Shown here in pieces: positions 63,699 through 64,000 of a DNA stretch of 64,000 bases. The position numbers and the translations under genes are program-made. The notes under the pieces were generated by a model. That model was not told the DNA's origin, did not search any database, and saw only the letters and a list, made by a program, of their open reading frames with translations. Source of the stretch: Octopus vulgaris (lineage: Eukaryota). Every line of letters starts with the position of its first letter. Position 1 is the first letter of the stretch. Location of the stretch: NCBI GenBank assembly GCA_951406725.2, contig OX597842.1, positions 1,550,001 to 1,614,000 of the forward strand. The letters run 5' to 3'.

Positions 63699-63935
63699 GT
63701 GTTCAGGTCACTGCTAGGAATTGAACTCTGAATCTTGGGGTTAGTAGCCCGTACTCTTAACCACTATGCCACAGGCATATGGTGTAGTGGTTAAGAGCAC
63801 AGGCTACTAACCCCAAGATTCCGAGTTCAATTCTAAGCAGTGACCTGAACAATAATAATAATAATAATAATAATAATAGCATTGAAAAATACCTTAGGAA
63901 CGAAAACCCGGGTTTGAAATTTCCCCAAGACACCT
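63451..63935 (-). mobile_element. SINE family E, complete (63451-63771), head-to-head with a 3'-truncated inverted copy (63774-63935)
   Basis: Reverse hammerhead at 63532-63577: ggcac-CTGAAGA-a-ggctg(gagggtatat)cagcc-aaaacatt-gtgtt; forward head ggcatatggtgtagtggttaagagc. Confidence 0.85.
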
Positions 63936-64000
63936 AATAGACAGTGATAATGTTTCTGTCTTCTTTCTTGTTACCTCTCTCTTCCCCCCTCTCTCTCTCT

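Overview
AT-rich, repeat-saturated animal DNA with no recognisable intact host protein-coding exon; probably intergenic or intronic. The SINE families and dense (TA)n/(CA)n/(TATC)n/(AAT)n tracts suggest an octopus/cephalopod genome (inference). Almost all ORF-track entries are microsatellite or SINE artefacts. Supported content: (1) dozens of copies of at least five SINE families; (2) decayed DNA transposons: two mariners, a DD41D (rosa) element, a Merlin/IS1595-type transposase with Merlin-type MITEs, and hAT-, piggyBac-, Tigger- and Tc2-like MITEs; (3) non-autonomous Helitrons, including a head-to-tail trimer; (4) CR1/L2- and RTE-type LINE 3' scraps; (5) an intron-containing tRNA-Leu(CAA) pseudogene. 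The most interesting signal is a Penelope-like (PLE) retroposition footprint. Many short inserts have the form 'inverted arm + arm + unique tail', mostly in (TA)n tracts, and several carry minimal type-I hammerhead ribozyme motifs. One tRNA-headed SINE (3 loci) has such a hammerhead in its 3' half and always sits in the PLE-like inverted configuration, making it a candidate PLE-mobilised, ribozyme-carrying SINE. All calls are by eye; no searches were run.
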